Below are positions 25,895 to 37,756 of a stretch of 64,000 nucleotides of DNA, one piece after another. Position numbers and translations under genes: made by a program. Numbering within the stretch: the stretch's first letter is position 1; each line of letters opens with the position of its first letter. Where the stretch lies: the NCBI RefSeq assembly GCF_018350175.1, contig NC_058368.1, positions 166,534,001 through 166,598,000 of the forward strand, given 5' to 3'. Source of the DNA: Felis catus. Its lineage: Eukaryota. Under the pieces are notes generated by a model, which had not been told where the DNA came from, did no database searches, and was given only the letters and a program-made list of their open reading frames with translations.

Positions 25895-26117
25895 TTAAAT
25901 GTTTTATTTATTTTTGAGGGAGAGGGAAAGGGGAGAGAGAGAGAGAGAAACGAACAAGCAGGTGAGGTACAGAGAGATAGAGGGAGAGAGGATCCCAAGC
26001 AGTCTCTGCACTGAGAGCAGTAAGCCCAATGCAGAGCTTGAACTCATGAACTGAACTATGAGATCATGACTTGAACCAAAGTCAGATGCTCAGCTGACTG
26101 AGCCACCCAGGTACCCC
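25895..26117 (-). mobile_element. CanSINE (outermost of the stack, tail remnant at 25169-25192)
   Basis: Ends gagccacccaggtacccc, outer TSD ccaccctatgtt/ccaccttgtgtt. Confidence 0.92.
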
Positions 26118-26634
26118 TCCACCTTGTGTTAAATAATGTAACATTGCCAGTATTCAGTTGTGTTTGATATATAATGTCCAACCGAAATAATCTTACTTAA
26201 CATTAAAGGTGACTTTAAGAATAAAAACTATAGTAATAAGAAAAAAGAATTTAGATTACCATACAGCAATAAATATTATAAATAAAATCTCTCTATATCT
26301 CAAGTTGATTTTCAGACTATAGTGAATTTTATCATTTCCATTGTACAGGGTTATAAATTCTTGAAGGGCTTTATGTAACAAAAAATTGTCACATATTCCT
26401 TAAAATCCTCATTCTTTTTCCCTTAGGATAGTAGTTTAATTGTTCTTTTTCCGCCTCTTTTTCCCCCTATTGAGGGAAAACAAAATTTAGTAACAAATGA
26501 TCTTGTCATATTTTGTGGACAAATTTACTGACTAAGATGTGCAACAAGAGATTCTGTTATAGATCAGATTATATATATTTCAAGAACAGATACATATACA
26601 TATACATATATATACACATATATATATGTAAGAT

Positions 26635-26982
26635 ATACAACATTCATGAATGGAAAGAAAGAAAAACAGACTAGGAAAACTAGTAACAATGGGAACATTT
26701 CCTGTCAAAAACTGATAGTACATATTTTATAGATAGAAAAATATCATTTTTAAAGCATGGCAAAAGAATGATCTAAAAGGTCAGTGGAACAAAATACATA
26801 GCTTACAAAGTAACCCTAAAATTCCAAATTATGAAAATCCATGTGTGAAAAATAATTAAAAATACACACTGAAAAGTTAACAATGTGTTTGCTTTGAGTA
26901 ATGATGAGTAATTCATTTTTATCCTTTTTCTATTTTTAAATTATTTGCAAAAACTGCATATTTTCTTTATAATTAAAAAAAC
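26635..26982 (+). mobile_element. Ancient L1ME fragments (ORF2 and 3' end)
   Basis: ggtcagtggaacaaaatacatagc and aaatacacactgaaaagttaacaatg...tattttctttataattaaaaaa. Confidence 0.55.
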
Positions 26983-27038
26983 CCCTCTAAATTCTAAAAA
27001 AATTTGAAGTGTTTGGGTTTTTAAAAATGATAATATAG

Positions 27039-27257
27039 GGGGCGCCTGGGTGGCGCAGTCGGTTAAGCCTCCGACTTCAGCCAGGTCACGATCTCCCGGT
27101 CCGTGAGTTCGAGCCCCGCGTCAGGCTCTGGGCTGATGGCTCAGAGCCTGGAGCCTGTTTCTGATTCTGTGTCTCCCTCTCTCTCTGCCCCTCTCCCGTT
27201 CATGCTCTGTCTCTCTCTGTCCCAAAAATAAATAAAAACGTTGAAGAAAAAAAAAAT
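27039..27257 (+). mobile_element. Young SINEC_Fc-type SINE with perfect TSD
   Basis: TSD aaaaatgataatata identical on both sides, CpG-rich body. Confidence 0.97.
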
Positions 27258-28127
27258 TTAAAAATGATAATATAGACTATATACTAAATGATGATAATAA
27301 AATGTAAATCCGTTTCCGGGGAAAAATAATTCTTCACATTTACCTGTAAAATATTTAACCATTGGAACTGAAACTGCAGAATTCTGGATCTATTAGTAAT
27401 CCCAATAATGCCTTTCAAAATAGTGGGTTTCTTATGTTCTGTTAAGAATTAGCTAAGCCATTTCACTGACCATCTAATTGGAATTTTGGTTGGTTTTAAA
27501 AAAATTCTAATTCAATTTAATCTAAGCCATCATGTGAGGAATAATTGATTCTTTCTAAAAGAAAATAGATGTTATTCCAGTATGAAGATCGTCTTTACAA
27601 ACAAGTTTTTTGGTCTATTTTTCTCTGTCTCAGAGATGAAGAAAGTGGTTACATTAATATTATTAATACATTATTACCATAATACAATTGTTTTCTGGAT
27701 TCCTTTGCAGTATCACTTACATTACTCTTGCATAGCCAACCAACTAATTAATTAATTGTTTTTTAAATACGGAAATAATCTTTACACCAAAAAAGTTGAA
27801 CTAAAAAGTAGACTCAGGAAAAACAAAACAAACAAACAAACAAAAAACCACTATGGCATCTGTCTTCCTTATAAATTAAGGAATTTATCTGCTTTAAAAA
27901 TGTCAGTATCAAGACACTACAACTATTAAATTTTTGAAAGCAACTTCTGTACTGGAAATATTTTTGTAACTTTTTATTAAAGTGTGCCTCCTAATTAGTG
28001 TAAGATCTGTTGAAATGTTTGTTCTTTCACTTGAATGCTCTTCATTTATATAAAGAATCTATATAGTCCCAGAAAGTTTGGGGGTTAAATATCAGTACTT
28101 CAATAGTTTCTACAATAGTGTAGTTTT

Positions 28128-28193
28128 TCTTTTTCTTTTTTTTTTAATGTTTATTTGCTCTTGAAGGAGATAGAACGTGAGTGGGGAAGGGGT

Positions 28194-28228
<35 letters not shown>

Positions 28229-28269
28229 GACAGAATCCAAAGCAGACTCCAGGCTCTGAGCTTTCAGCA
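28128..28269 (-). mobile_element. CanSINE 3' half only
   Basis: T-rich tail and GA tract up to ccaggctctgagctttcagca, tRNA-like head absent. Confidence 0.88.
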
Positions 28270-28285
28270 ATAGATATAGATATAT

Positions 28286-28420
28286 TTCATCATAATTCAT
28301 TGCATAACATTATTGGGTATACCTCATGCGCCATGCACTCTTCTGTGTCATGTACTAGGTATTCAGAAGTAATGGCAGCAATCAGAAATTTTAGCCCCCA
28401 TGTAATTAATAATCTAGGCC
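28286..28420 (-). mobile_element. L2 3' end fragment
   Basis: ttcattgcataacattattgggtatacc...ctgtgtcatgtactaggtattcag. Confidence 0.5.
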
Positions 28421-28519
28421 TATCCGTCTCTCTACCTGCATCCCTCAAGTAATTATTCCTTTGTATGAGTAATGCAATCTTATATTTTTTATTCCATCTG
28501 TCCATTCTGATCCTATTCT

Positions 28520-28626
28520 CTTCTTTTTAGTTCTAAAAAATAAAATAAGGTGCTCTTTATGACCCACTAATTGTTTCAAGACTCATTAATGGATCTTCTT
28601 TAAAGTCTGCTTTGAAAAATACTGCC
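28520..28626. mobile_element. hAT-Charlie MITE terminal fragment
   Basis: gacccactaattgtttcaagactcattaatgg...gctttgaaaaatactg resembles a Charlie-type end. Confidence 0.55.
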
Positions 28627-28739
28627 ATATAGGTGTTAAATACTTCAGATGCAGCCTAGAATTTATTTATATCTCATTGTTGGCTTCTGTCACCAATTTA
28701 AACATCTAGTCTTTTTCACTGAGCTGCTTTTGAGATAGG

Positions 28740-29230
28740 ACTCTCTGAATCTACGTTTATGTAACCTGCTTTTAATCTAAATGGGGAATCTTATATTTAT
28801 TTCTGTCAAATTCTTCTTTATTGGTTTTAGTCCATCATTCAAGCCTATCAAGATTTTTGAAATCCATCACTGTCATGAAATATATTGGATAATCCTCCTA
28901 AATCTGTCATCCACAAATACGAAAAGGGTGGCTTCTATGTCATGATCCAAGTCACTGATAAGAAATATTGCAAATTCTTGTACTTTTCCTTTAGAGATCT
29001 CCCTAGTGTTGGCATCGATCCATTAATCAACATTTTAGAGTTGTATTTGCATGTCAAAACACAAATCTCCCTTAATTATTCTAAGGCTCAGTCTACAGTT
29101 TTTCATTATACTAAAAAATCTTAAACTATCAAATATGTACTGAATTCTTGATTTTTATGTTCCCCTGAGATATGATAACCCATTCAGAAATATAGTTTCT
29201 GTTTACCCCAGCCCCAACTAGTTGCAAGTA
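28740..29230 (-). mobile_element. L3/CR1 LINE fragment
   Basis: ccatcattcaagcctatcaagattttt...ctgtcatccacaaat...cttctatgtcatgatccaagtcactgataa (antisense of the FISDLD...FADD RT region). Confidence 0.7.
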
Positions 29231-29644
29231 ATAATTGCCTTCAGTTTACAAGTTCAGCTCAAGAGCAAATAAGATTCTGGTATCACAGTGTCCTGGGAAT
29301 CACTCTCAGAACTAAGGGATGGTCTAGAACTAGCCTTCACTGATACAAGTGCTGAAGGGATAAGCAGCATTCTTGGTGGTCACAAAATCATTCAGCTATT
29401 GCTCTTCAATTTACCATTGATTTCCAACAGATATGGCTTTTTATTTGGGCACCAGGTCTTACTGTCGATGACAAGTCTTGAACAGGACTGGAGTTGGGTA
29501 AGCAAGGGCTAGACACTTTATCTACTTTTAAAAAATCTCCTTCTGGCCAGACATCTTACTTTGGATGTAACTTACACTTACCTCAAAGAATGTTATTAAA
29601 ATGATATCATTAACATAATATAATTAACAGAATATTTTCCTTAG

Positions 29645-29861
29645 GTAAGAGCATAGGGCAAGATATTAACCAGGGATGCATTTGAATCCTTACTCTATTT
29701 ACCAATTTTTATATAACTTTTGTAAGATCTTGATACTTGTAAAGTCTCTGTTACTTCATGTATAACCTGGAGTTAGAAATACATACCTAACCTACCTCAT
29801 AAGTTTCGTGTAAGAATGGAGATTATACTGGAAAGAATACTAAATGTTCACTAAATGGTAG
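29645..29861 (+). mobile_element. MIR
   Basis: tttgaatccttactct...acctaacctacctcataagtttcgtgtaagaat...cactaaatggtag. Confidence 0.65.
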
Positions 29862-30731
29862 TATGAAGAAGCATGAGGCAACCTGAGGGCAAATACAGGC
29901 TAACAGCAACCCCTCTCCCCCAAGCAAGTGGGATATGTGTGATATTCCTCAGACACTCCTAGCTGTCCAGGAACAGGGGAAAGGAAAGAAAGCAAATAGT
30001 TGACTGATAGAGATCACAGTCATGCAGGACAGGAGTCTTCTTCAGTTTATGGATAACTTAGTAAACTGCAAGAAAAAGGCAATCTTCTCCATATCCTAAT
30101 CTCCAGAAACCGATAGACTCCGTTTCCCGGAGCCCTTGTATCTCCCTCATCGAGATGCAAGGAGGTTTAAGTGCTTGCCAAAGGAAAATAAAACATTAAA
30201 TTCCCTTGCTTCCTACAGCCCATTGACAAGTTGTTGAAACAGGCAGAGTAACCTTCCTGTAGGAGCTCAGCTGCCTAGATAACATTTTGCTGGGGGCAAA
30301 AGGGAATCTTGGCTTAACATTATCCTGACCCCCAGGATCCTGTGTCTCCTTAAACACATTAAAATCCCTTTGCAAACCTCCTTTATCTTTAACCCCCAGG
30401 TATAAGTTGGCAATTATACTCTAAGCATATGGTCCCTGGTATACATCTGAAGGGTCTCATGACTGAGATTTTACTAAACAGTAATAAATGATGTTTCCTA
30501 ACAACAGCTAGCCCTGCAAGGTCCTGGAAACCTTGCTCCCAAAATTCCTTAACCCCCTCCCAACCTGAAGGTATGTAGTCAGTCACTCTTCACAACCCAA
30601 GTGCAGCTCTTTCTGCCCACATGTCCTGTACCCATGCTTTAATAGAATCACCTTTTTGCACCAAAGACATCTTCAAGAATTCTTTCTTGGCCGTTGGCTC
30701 CAAAGCCCTACCATCAGCCCAAACCCCATCA
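29862..30731 (+). mobile_element. ERV1-type solo LTR, ~870 bp, probably carnivore-lineage
   Basis: Abrupt GC-richer block ending ccccatca, flanked by gtag/atag (4-bp TSD, one mismatch). Degenerate poly(A) signal tttaatagaatcacc and U5-like aagaattctttcttggccgt. Confidence 0.78.
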
Positions 30732-30959
30732 ATAGTATAGTATCAATTGGTATATTAGTATCATCCTTTAAAATAGGTCACTGCTTCATCTGCAGAAATA
30801 TCAAATTCATAATCCAAAGGGGGAACAATTTTCTACAGCATCATCTCATTCTACAGATGCTCTCTTTTTACTTCTGTGTAAGATTATTCCATCCCTCAAT
30901 GTTGTCCATCTTTCTTCCTCCAGAAAATACATGGGCATTTCATTCTTTATAGGGATTTA

Positions 30960-31142
30960 TATGCTAGTCCTAGATCTGCAATCATTCAGCAGATCATTTA
31001 ATCTCTCTGAGCCTCATTTCCCTCATTTTTAAAGCAAGAAACCAACACTTAATTTGAGGCAGTGTTTTAATAGACGTAACATATGTAAAATTTTTAAAGC
31101 AGTGATTGACACACACCGAGTGCTCAATACATGGTAGTTATC
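30960..31142 (+). mobile_element. MIR
   Basis: Core catttaatctctctgagcctcatttccctcatttttaaa and end gagtgctcaatacatggtagtta. Confidence 0.8.
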
Positions 31143-31431
31143 TTTATTTCCAGATTTTTTTCCTATTAATATTTTAAAAATGCAATCCATAATAAATAAG
31201 AAAGGAAAAAGAGGTCTTCAGACATTCTTTTTTCCAACAGAAATATTCCTCTGTCCTCCCACAAAACTGCAATAACCTTTCAAACCTTTCTCTACCTTCC
31301 TCTTTAAGCAACTAACTAATAAATCTAGAAGAACAGCCAAATTCCCAGTGAGAGGGAAAGTGCAGAGCAAATATATCTGGCATAGTAGTGAGAAGGCATC
31401 TTACTATGAAAAGTGAAGGAGTTAGTAATTA

Positions 31432-31672
31432 ATTGCATAGCCTTTTAAATCAGGCAGACAGAACTGGGTCTGAATTTAATCTAGACATTTACTTGCTGAG
31501 TCACAATGTAGAAGTTACTTACCCTTTCTTAGCTATTTCCTATTATATAAAATGAGCATAATAATAGCATTTTGTCACTCAGTAGAAAGTGATATAAATG
31601 AGAAATGTTTAAAAGTTTAATACTTAGTACTGGCAGGTAGCAAATAATTTATAAATAGAATCTCATTGCTAT
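31432..31672 (+). mobile_element. MIR
   Basis: cagacagaactgggtctgaat...aagttacttaccctttct...tataaaatgagcataataatagc. Confidence 0.75.
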
Positions 31673-32958
31673 TTCTCCTTCCACTGCTCCATTTAAAACC
31701 TCCTTTATAATATTTTTCATTGATAATGATGATCAAAATTATTTTACCTTTGGAATGTGCATTTTAGCAATGTACATATTGCGTGAGTTCTTCAGATAAG
31801 AACATTTAGGTATCCTGTAGTATTATTAATTGACCATGTCAATTACAGCAGGATTTACATGCTCATCAGAAAGAAATGATAGTCTCCAAATGTCTAGTTT
31901 CTGTCAACAATTTTAGTCATGGAAGACTATAAAAATCTTATTGTTTTGCTGTTTTTGTTGCTGTCATACTTGATGTAGTTGTTATTCTTACTACATGTTT
32001 TAACATTTTGTGTCCTGACTCTTGGATCAAAATACTTCAATGACATTTCACCCAAGTCCAAAGATATATGGAAAAAAGTAAACATAATTTCAGTACTTCC
32101 TGGACCCATGTGTAGCTTGTAAGAGATTCCCAAATTCTCAGGTTGGGAATACAAATGTTAGAATTTTAAGATTATTGGTTTGGTAAAGTAAGATTGTAGA
32201 AGACTGTTGGAAAGCATCTCCTAGATATATTATCTTTCCACATGGACTAGGCACCGTTAAAGTGGAAAAAGCACTTTTTAGTCTCTTAACTCTTTTGAAA
32301 GTCTCCACAGAGGGAAAAAAAAAAAAAAACACAACTCATTTGAACAACTGGGAAAATTAACCTAAAAATAAAAGTATCTACAAAATAAACACTCATTACA
32401 AATCTTCTGTGTTTCACAAATTATTTTAAGGCTAAGGGTACAGTGATAAGAAGATTAGCCCTGCCTTGGGGAGCAGGAAAAGGCACACATAGAAACATTG
32501 AGCAAAATGCAATGCTTAATATGCCAGAGTTAGGGGAGATCTATTGAAAAGGAGGGAAAAATATTTTTGTATCTATTTAAGGCTTTACAGAGAAGGCAAC
32601 ATTTAAGTCATGAGAAGTTCAATACATGTACCAAAGATTAGGCTCTTAGGAGTTGAAAGAGAAGAAATAGCAGATGGAGAGTCTCAACTGATGAGAGAGA
32701 GAGAAAGAGAAGGGCCAGCCAGAGGAGGGAGGCAGAAAGAAAGGGAGGGGAAATAGAGAAGGGAAGGAAAGAGGAAAGAAGAGAAATATAGGAAGAGACC
32801 AAATAGTAGTACATATTGGGCATTAAATATCCTATTAGTACTAGCTGGATATTGATGAGATTCTAGTGGTATCAGATTATTTGGTATAAATAACGAAGCC
32901 CTGAATCCATAAATCAATAATTTGGTTATCGCATATTATTTTTTAAAATGTTTAGTTC

Positions 32959-33169
32959 TGGGCACCTGGGAGGCTCAGTTGATTAAACGTCTGACTCTTG
33001 ATTTTAGCTCAGGTCATGATCTCACTGTGTGAGATCAAACTCCATGTTGGGCTCCTTGCTGACAGCACAGAGCCTGCTTGTCATTCTCTCTCCCTGTCTC
33101 TCTGCCCCTCCCTCACTCACATGCACACTTTGTCTCTCTCTCTCTCTCTCTCTCTAATAAATATTTTTT
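32959..33169 (+). mobile_element. CanSINE whose tail was split by an L1 insertion (remainder at 34405-34422)
   Basis: gggcacctgggaggctcag head. Its own flanks ttttaaaatgtttagttct (before) and ttttaaaaggtgcagttct (~34415-34433) bracket the whole composite. Confidence 0.92.
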
Positions 33170-33375
33170 CCTCATGAACATAAATACCAAATCTTTAATA
33201 AAATTTCAGCCTATTAAATCCAGTAACATGTAAGAAGATATTCCATAATAACAAAGTGGCAGTTATCCCAGAAATGCAAGGTTACTTTAATTCTTCAAAA
33301 CTAATGAATGTAATTCACTGTATTACCAAAAGAAAAAAGAAAAAAAATCACATGATCATTTAATAGCTGCAGATT
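33170..33375 (+). mobile_element. Old L1 ORF2 (RT N-terminal) fragment, apparently transduced
   Basis: ctcatgaacataaataccaaatctttaataaaa...gttatcccagaaatgcaaggttactttaa...aatcacatgatcattt (LMNIDAKILNK...FIPGMQGWFN...NHMII-like), degraded. Confidence 0.8.
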
Positions 33376-33402
33376 GGTCTTTGCTTTGCTTTACATACAT
33401 TT

Positions 33403-34402
33403 GTTATTTTATTTTATTTTATTTTATTTTATTTTATTTTATTTTATTTTATTTTATTTTATTTTATTTTATTTTTTCAATATATGAAATTTATTGTCAA
33501 ATTGGTTTCCATACTACACCCAGTGCTCATCCCAAAAGGTGCCCTCCTCAATACCCATCACCCACCCTCCCCTCCCTCCCACCCCCTATCAACCCTCAGT
33601 TTGTTCTCAGTTTTTAAGAGTCTTTTATGCTTTGGCTCTCTCCCACTCTAACCTCTTTTTTTTTTCCTTCCCCTCCCCCATGGGTTTCTGTTAAGTTTCT
33701 CAGGATCCACATAAGAGTGGAAACATATGGTATCTGTCTTTCTCTGTATGGCTTATTTCACTTAGCATCACACTCTCCAGTTCCATCCACGTGGCTACAA
33801 AGGGGCATATTTCATTCTTTCTCATTGCCACGTAGTACTCCATTGTGTATATAAACCACAATTTCTTTATCCATTCATCAGTTGATGGACATTTAGGCTC
33901 TTTCCATAATTTGGCTATTGTTGAGAGTGCTGCTATAAACATTGGGGTACAAGTGCCCCTATGCATCAGCACTCCTGTATCCCTTGGGTAAATTGCTAGC
34001 AGTGCTACTGCTGGGTCATACGGTAGGTCTATTTTTAATTTTCTGAGGAACCTCCACACTGTTTTCCAGAGCGGCTGCACCAATTTGCATTCCCACCAAC
34101 AGTGCAAGAGGGTTCCCGTTTCTCCACATCCTCTCCAGCATCTATAGTCTCCTGATTTGTTCATTTTGGCCACTCTGACTGGCGTCAGGTGATATCTGAG
34201 TGTGGTTTTGATTTGTATTTCCCTGATGAGGAGCGACGTTGAGCATCTTTTCATGTGCCTGTTGGCCATCCGGATGTCTTCTTTAGAGAAGTGTCTATCC
34301 ATGTTTCTGCCCATTTCTTCACTGGGTTATTTGTTTTTCAGGTGTGGAGTTTGGTGAGCTCTTTATAGATTTTGGATACTAGCCCTTTGTCTGATATGTC
34401 AT
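33403..34402 (-). mobile_element. Young feline L1, 5'-truncated, with (TAAAA)n tail
   Basis: Open ORF2 C-terminus, 3' UTR with G-rich tract, pentamer tail at 33403-33477. Confidence 0.97.
33700..34314 (-). pseudogene. L1 ORF2p C-terminal fragment (204 aa open) with CCHC zinc knuckle
   Basis: [26 protein letters not shown] and [19 protein letters not shown] motifs. Lacks EN and RT, so it is non-functional. Confidence 0.95.
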
Positions 34403-36194
34403 CAAATAAATATTTTTTAAAAGGTGCAGTTCTCAACCACAACTAAATGAATGTAGTAATTATAATTCCAAGATTAACACTTTATATAAAACTTAAAAAA
34501 AAATTTGTCCCCGAAACCCCTAGTGTAAATGGAAGGGATGTGTTAAAAACTAAATCAAAGTTTTCTAAGTGAAGTTTCTGAACCTCTTCTGCCCTTTAGT
34601 GATTTTTATCACTTTTCTAGCTGATGACAGAATCTACCTTTTGACAATTTATTTGTGATTTAGATAAGCCCACACTGAAGCAGATAATCTCATAAACTGA
34701 ATTATCAATCATATTTGTTAGATTGTTAGAAATCTAGGGAGAAAAAAATTATAATTTTTATAAGTTCTTTATTTGTTTCCAATAAAAAAACATATTCTTC
34801 ATTTATGTAGCGGTATTTTTACTTCACAAAAACATTGTGTAGTTCTTTGAACTTAAAAGTTTAAATCTAAGAGTAAATTCATTACTTGCTTTGCTTATGT
34901 GTTACATTATGAAGTATTAGTTCATTCATACATAAGTTACCTTATGAAGTATTACTGAATCCTTAAAATTAATAAATATAAAATATATCTTTAGTATAAA
35001 GTCCTATTCAATCAGAAAAAGTCAATGTGTAAGACATTATGACTGAATAATCCAGCTGGTTACTTGCTTTCCATACTTCACCTTGAAACTTAAATTAACT
35101 ACATCATAATACAGAGTTCTATAGGTTATCAACAATATTTTGAATTATATTTGAAGCACAAGAAATAGCCTTTAAGGTTACTTTCTCTGTTATCCTAGTT
35201 GGCTAGCAGTTTCTCCTAAGTACTAGCTAATTGGTATAGAAATAAATCATAAGCCCATTTTACTCTAAGGTAAAAGGTCAGCATGCACCTTCTAGTAATG
35301 TGCTATTCTATTTTTCTGGCATATATTTTGCAGATAATTATTTTTCTTAGAGTCAGCACACTATAGGCTCAAATATGACAGTGGGTTAATTGTATTAATT
35401 GTGATGATTGAACTATTTTCCCTCAAGCTCCTATGGACTCTGATCATGACACATAATAGGCAATCATTTACAAAGATTGATGGAAATTGCTAATTTAAAT
35501 TGTATCAATAATTATTGTTTTAGTTATTTTGACTTGCTGAACAAGAGCAAGCACATTACTGGCATTTGTGAAAGAAAGAAACTTCACAAATACCAGGCAC
35601 ACACTGACAGGTCCTGGATAAAAATGGCAAGTTAAGGTGAAGGTGTTGGAGTGACCAAAGTATTAAGGTCCAGGTGGCCCATCAATGCAAAGCTGGCACA
35701 TTTTATATACTGTAGAGAAAGAATGGGACTGGGGCACCAAGACATAACTAGCCACAAACCGTGATCATTCTCTTATTGATGTAAAGAGAATATTTGTTAC
35801 CCATAACTAAAGGGAAAATAGGTAGTTTCCAGAAGGAAAAAATGCACAGAATAAAAGAGTACACATTTTACAAGAATATATTTAAATTTAAAAAAATAGT
35901 ATAAGTTCATTAAAAGGATCTCCTGTAGGGAGATGGAAATTAGAATGTGATTTGGTGATAAAAGGAATTAATTAACAAAATACATAGTCTCTAATGAATT
36001 GATTTAAATCAAACAAAACTTCAAGAAAAATATCTTACCCAAATTCGTTCAAATAAAAACAGAAAACCTAAGTCCAAGAAAATTCACAATGCTTTATCAT
36101 TACCTACCAATATACAAAGATTAAAATTGTTTTGAGAACAATAGTCTTCAAATTCGAATATTCCCCATAAGATAAAACAACACTATGGGAATAA

Positions 36195-36295
36195 ATAGAT
36201 ATTCCTATTTCCCTAATGCAGAATCACTGAGAGAGATGAAATTAAGGTACATTTATGAAAGCACTGAGCACCAAGACTGGCACAAAATAGACCCT
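36195..36295 (+). mobile_element. MIR 3' fragment
   Basis: gaaattaaggtacatttatgaaagcactgagcaccaagactggcacaaaatag. Confidence 0.55.
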
Positions 36296-36437
36296 GGCCT
36301 CAGAAAGGAATTAAGATGTGAATCCCATATTCACAGGGTACCCACATTCCATCTAAAAACACAGGACCGGTTCATTTCATAATCACAGTTCTAGCTACTC
36401 AGTGCTGCTCATTCATTTCTTACCATTCTCATCATCC

Positions 36438-36645
36438 CTTTTTTTTTTTTTTAAGTTTACTTATTTTGAGAGAGAGAACAGGGGAGGGGCAGAGAGAGAG
36501 GAAGAGAGAGAATCCCAAGCAGGCTCTGGTCTGTTAGCCTGGAGCCTGACTGATGTGAGGCTCTGTCCCAAGAATCGTGAGATCATGCTCTTAGCCAAAA
36601 CCAAGAGATGGATGCTTAAGCAAATGAGCCACCTAAGCGACCTCC
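36438..36645 (-). mobile_element. CanSINE (older subfamily)
   Basis: gagagaatcccaagcaggctct...gatgcttaagcaaatgagccacc, flanks tcatcccttt/tcatcctttt. Confidence 0.9.
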
Positions 36646-36885
36646 CTTCATCCTTTTACATATTCACTCTCCTGATCATATTTAGTAGCTTTGAGAACTA
36701 AGGCTCAAAGCTTTTCTGGGACCTAAGAAGACATTTTGATGATAGATCTAAGAACCACTGTTCCACTTCCCCTTATCAAAAAATAAAAAATAAATAAAAT
36801 AAAATTTCACATAAATGCATTTTTGTCTTTACCAGCATTGTAAAGAATAGATGTTAGTTTGATCAATAAGAGTGCAGAAGTACAT

Positions 36886-37062
36886 GGGCTCCTGGGTGGC
36901 TTACTTGGTTAAGCGTCTGACTTTGGTTCAGGTAATGATCACACGGTTTGTGAGTTCCAGCCCCAGCTTGTGTTTCTCTGTCTCCCTCTCTCTCTGTCTG
37001 CCCCTCCACTGTGTGTGCTTGCTCTCTTTCTCTCTCTCAAAAATATATAAACATTTTTTTAA
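36886..37062 (+). mobile_element. CanSINE with internal deletion
   Basis: gggctcctgggtggctt head, TSD agtgcagaagtaca/agtgtagaagcaca. Confidence 0.9.
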
Positions 37063-37571
37063 AGTGTAGAAGCACAGACACTGTTGCCACTGCTTGGGTT
37101 CAGGTCAAGCTTTCTCACCAGCTGTGTGAAATTTGGTCAAGCTGTGTTACTCCTCCTATCAGTTAATAATTCTAAAACATACCTTTTTTCTCAGTGAAAT
37201 TATTGTGAGATACTTATAACCTCACATATGTTTTCCATTTTTAAATTGTGGTAGAATATACATAGCATAAAATTTATTACTGTAACATTTTTAACTATTC
37301 CGTTCACAGGTATTAAGTACATTTATACATACTCTTGTGCAACCAACACCACCAGAACTCTTTCCATCTTGCAAAATCGAAACTCTCTGCCCATTAAACA
37401 ATAACTCCTTTTCATTTTCTCTCCCCTCAGCCCCAGGCATCCATGATTCTGCTTTCTATCTCTACAATTGGGTCTACTCTAACTGCTTCATAAGAATGGA
37501 ATCATACAGCATTGTCTTTTTGTGACTGGCCTATTTTATTTAGTATTACGTCCTCAACATTCATCCCTGTT

Positions 37572-37756
37572 GGGGCACCTGGGTGGCTCAGTTGGTTGGG
37601 AATCTGACTCAGGTCATGATCCGTGGTTTGCGAGTTTGAGCCCACATCAGGCTCACTGCTGTCAGTGTGAAGGGAGCTCCCTTTGGATCCTCTGGCCCCT
37701 TCTCTCTGCCCGTGCCCACTTATGTTCTCTCTCAAAAATAAATAAACATTAAAAAA
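37572..37756 (+). mobile_element. CanSINE within L1
   Basis: Head ggggcacctgggtggctcag, flanks ttcatccctgtt/tttatccatgtt. Confidence 0.93.

Noticed and set aside
31927..32332. Possible minus-strand exon after a T-run (ORFs 31927-32154 and 32138-32332)
   Set aside because: The acceptor context is weak, there is no clear donor, and the peptides have no recognisable similarity.
33381..33617. Hydrophobic FILFY-repeat ORFs (also 40874-41159)
   Set aside because: Translations of (TTTTA)n microsatellites.
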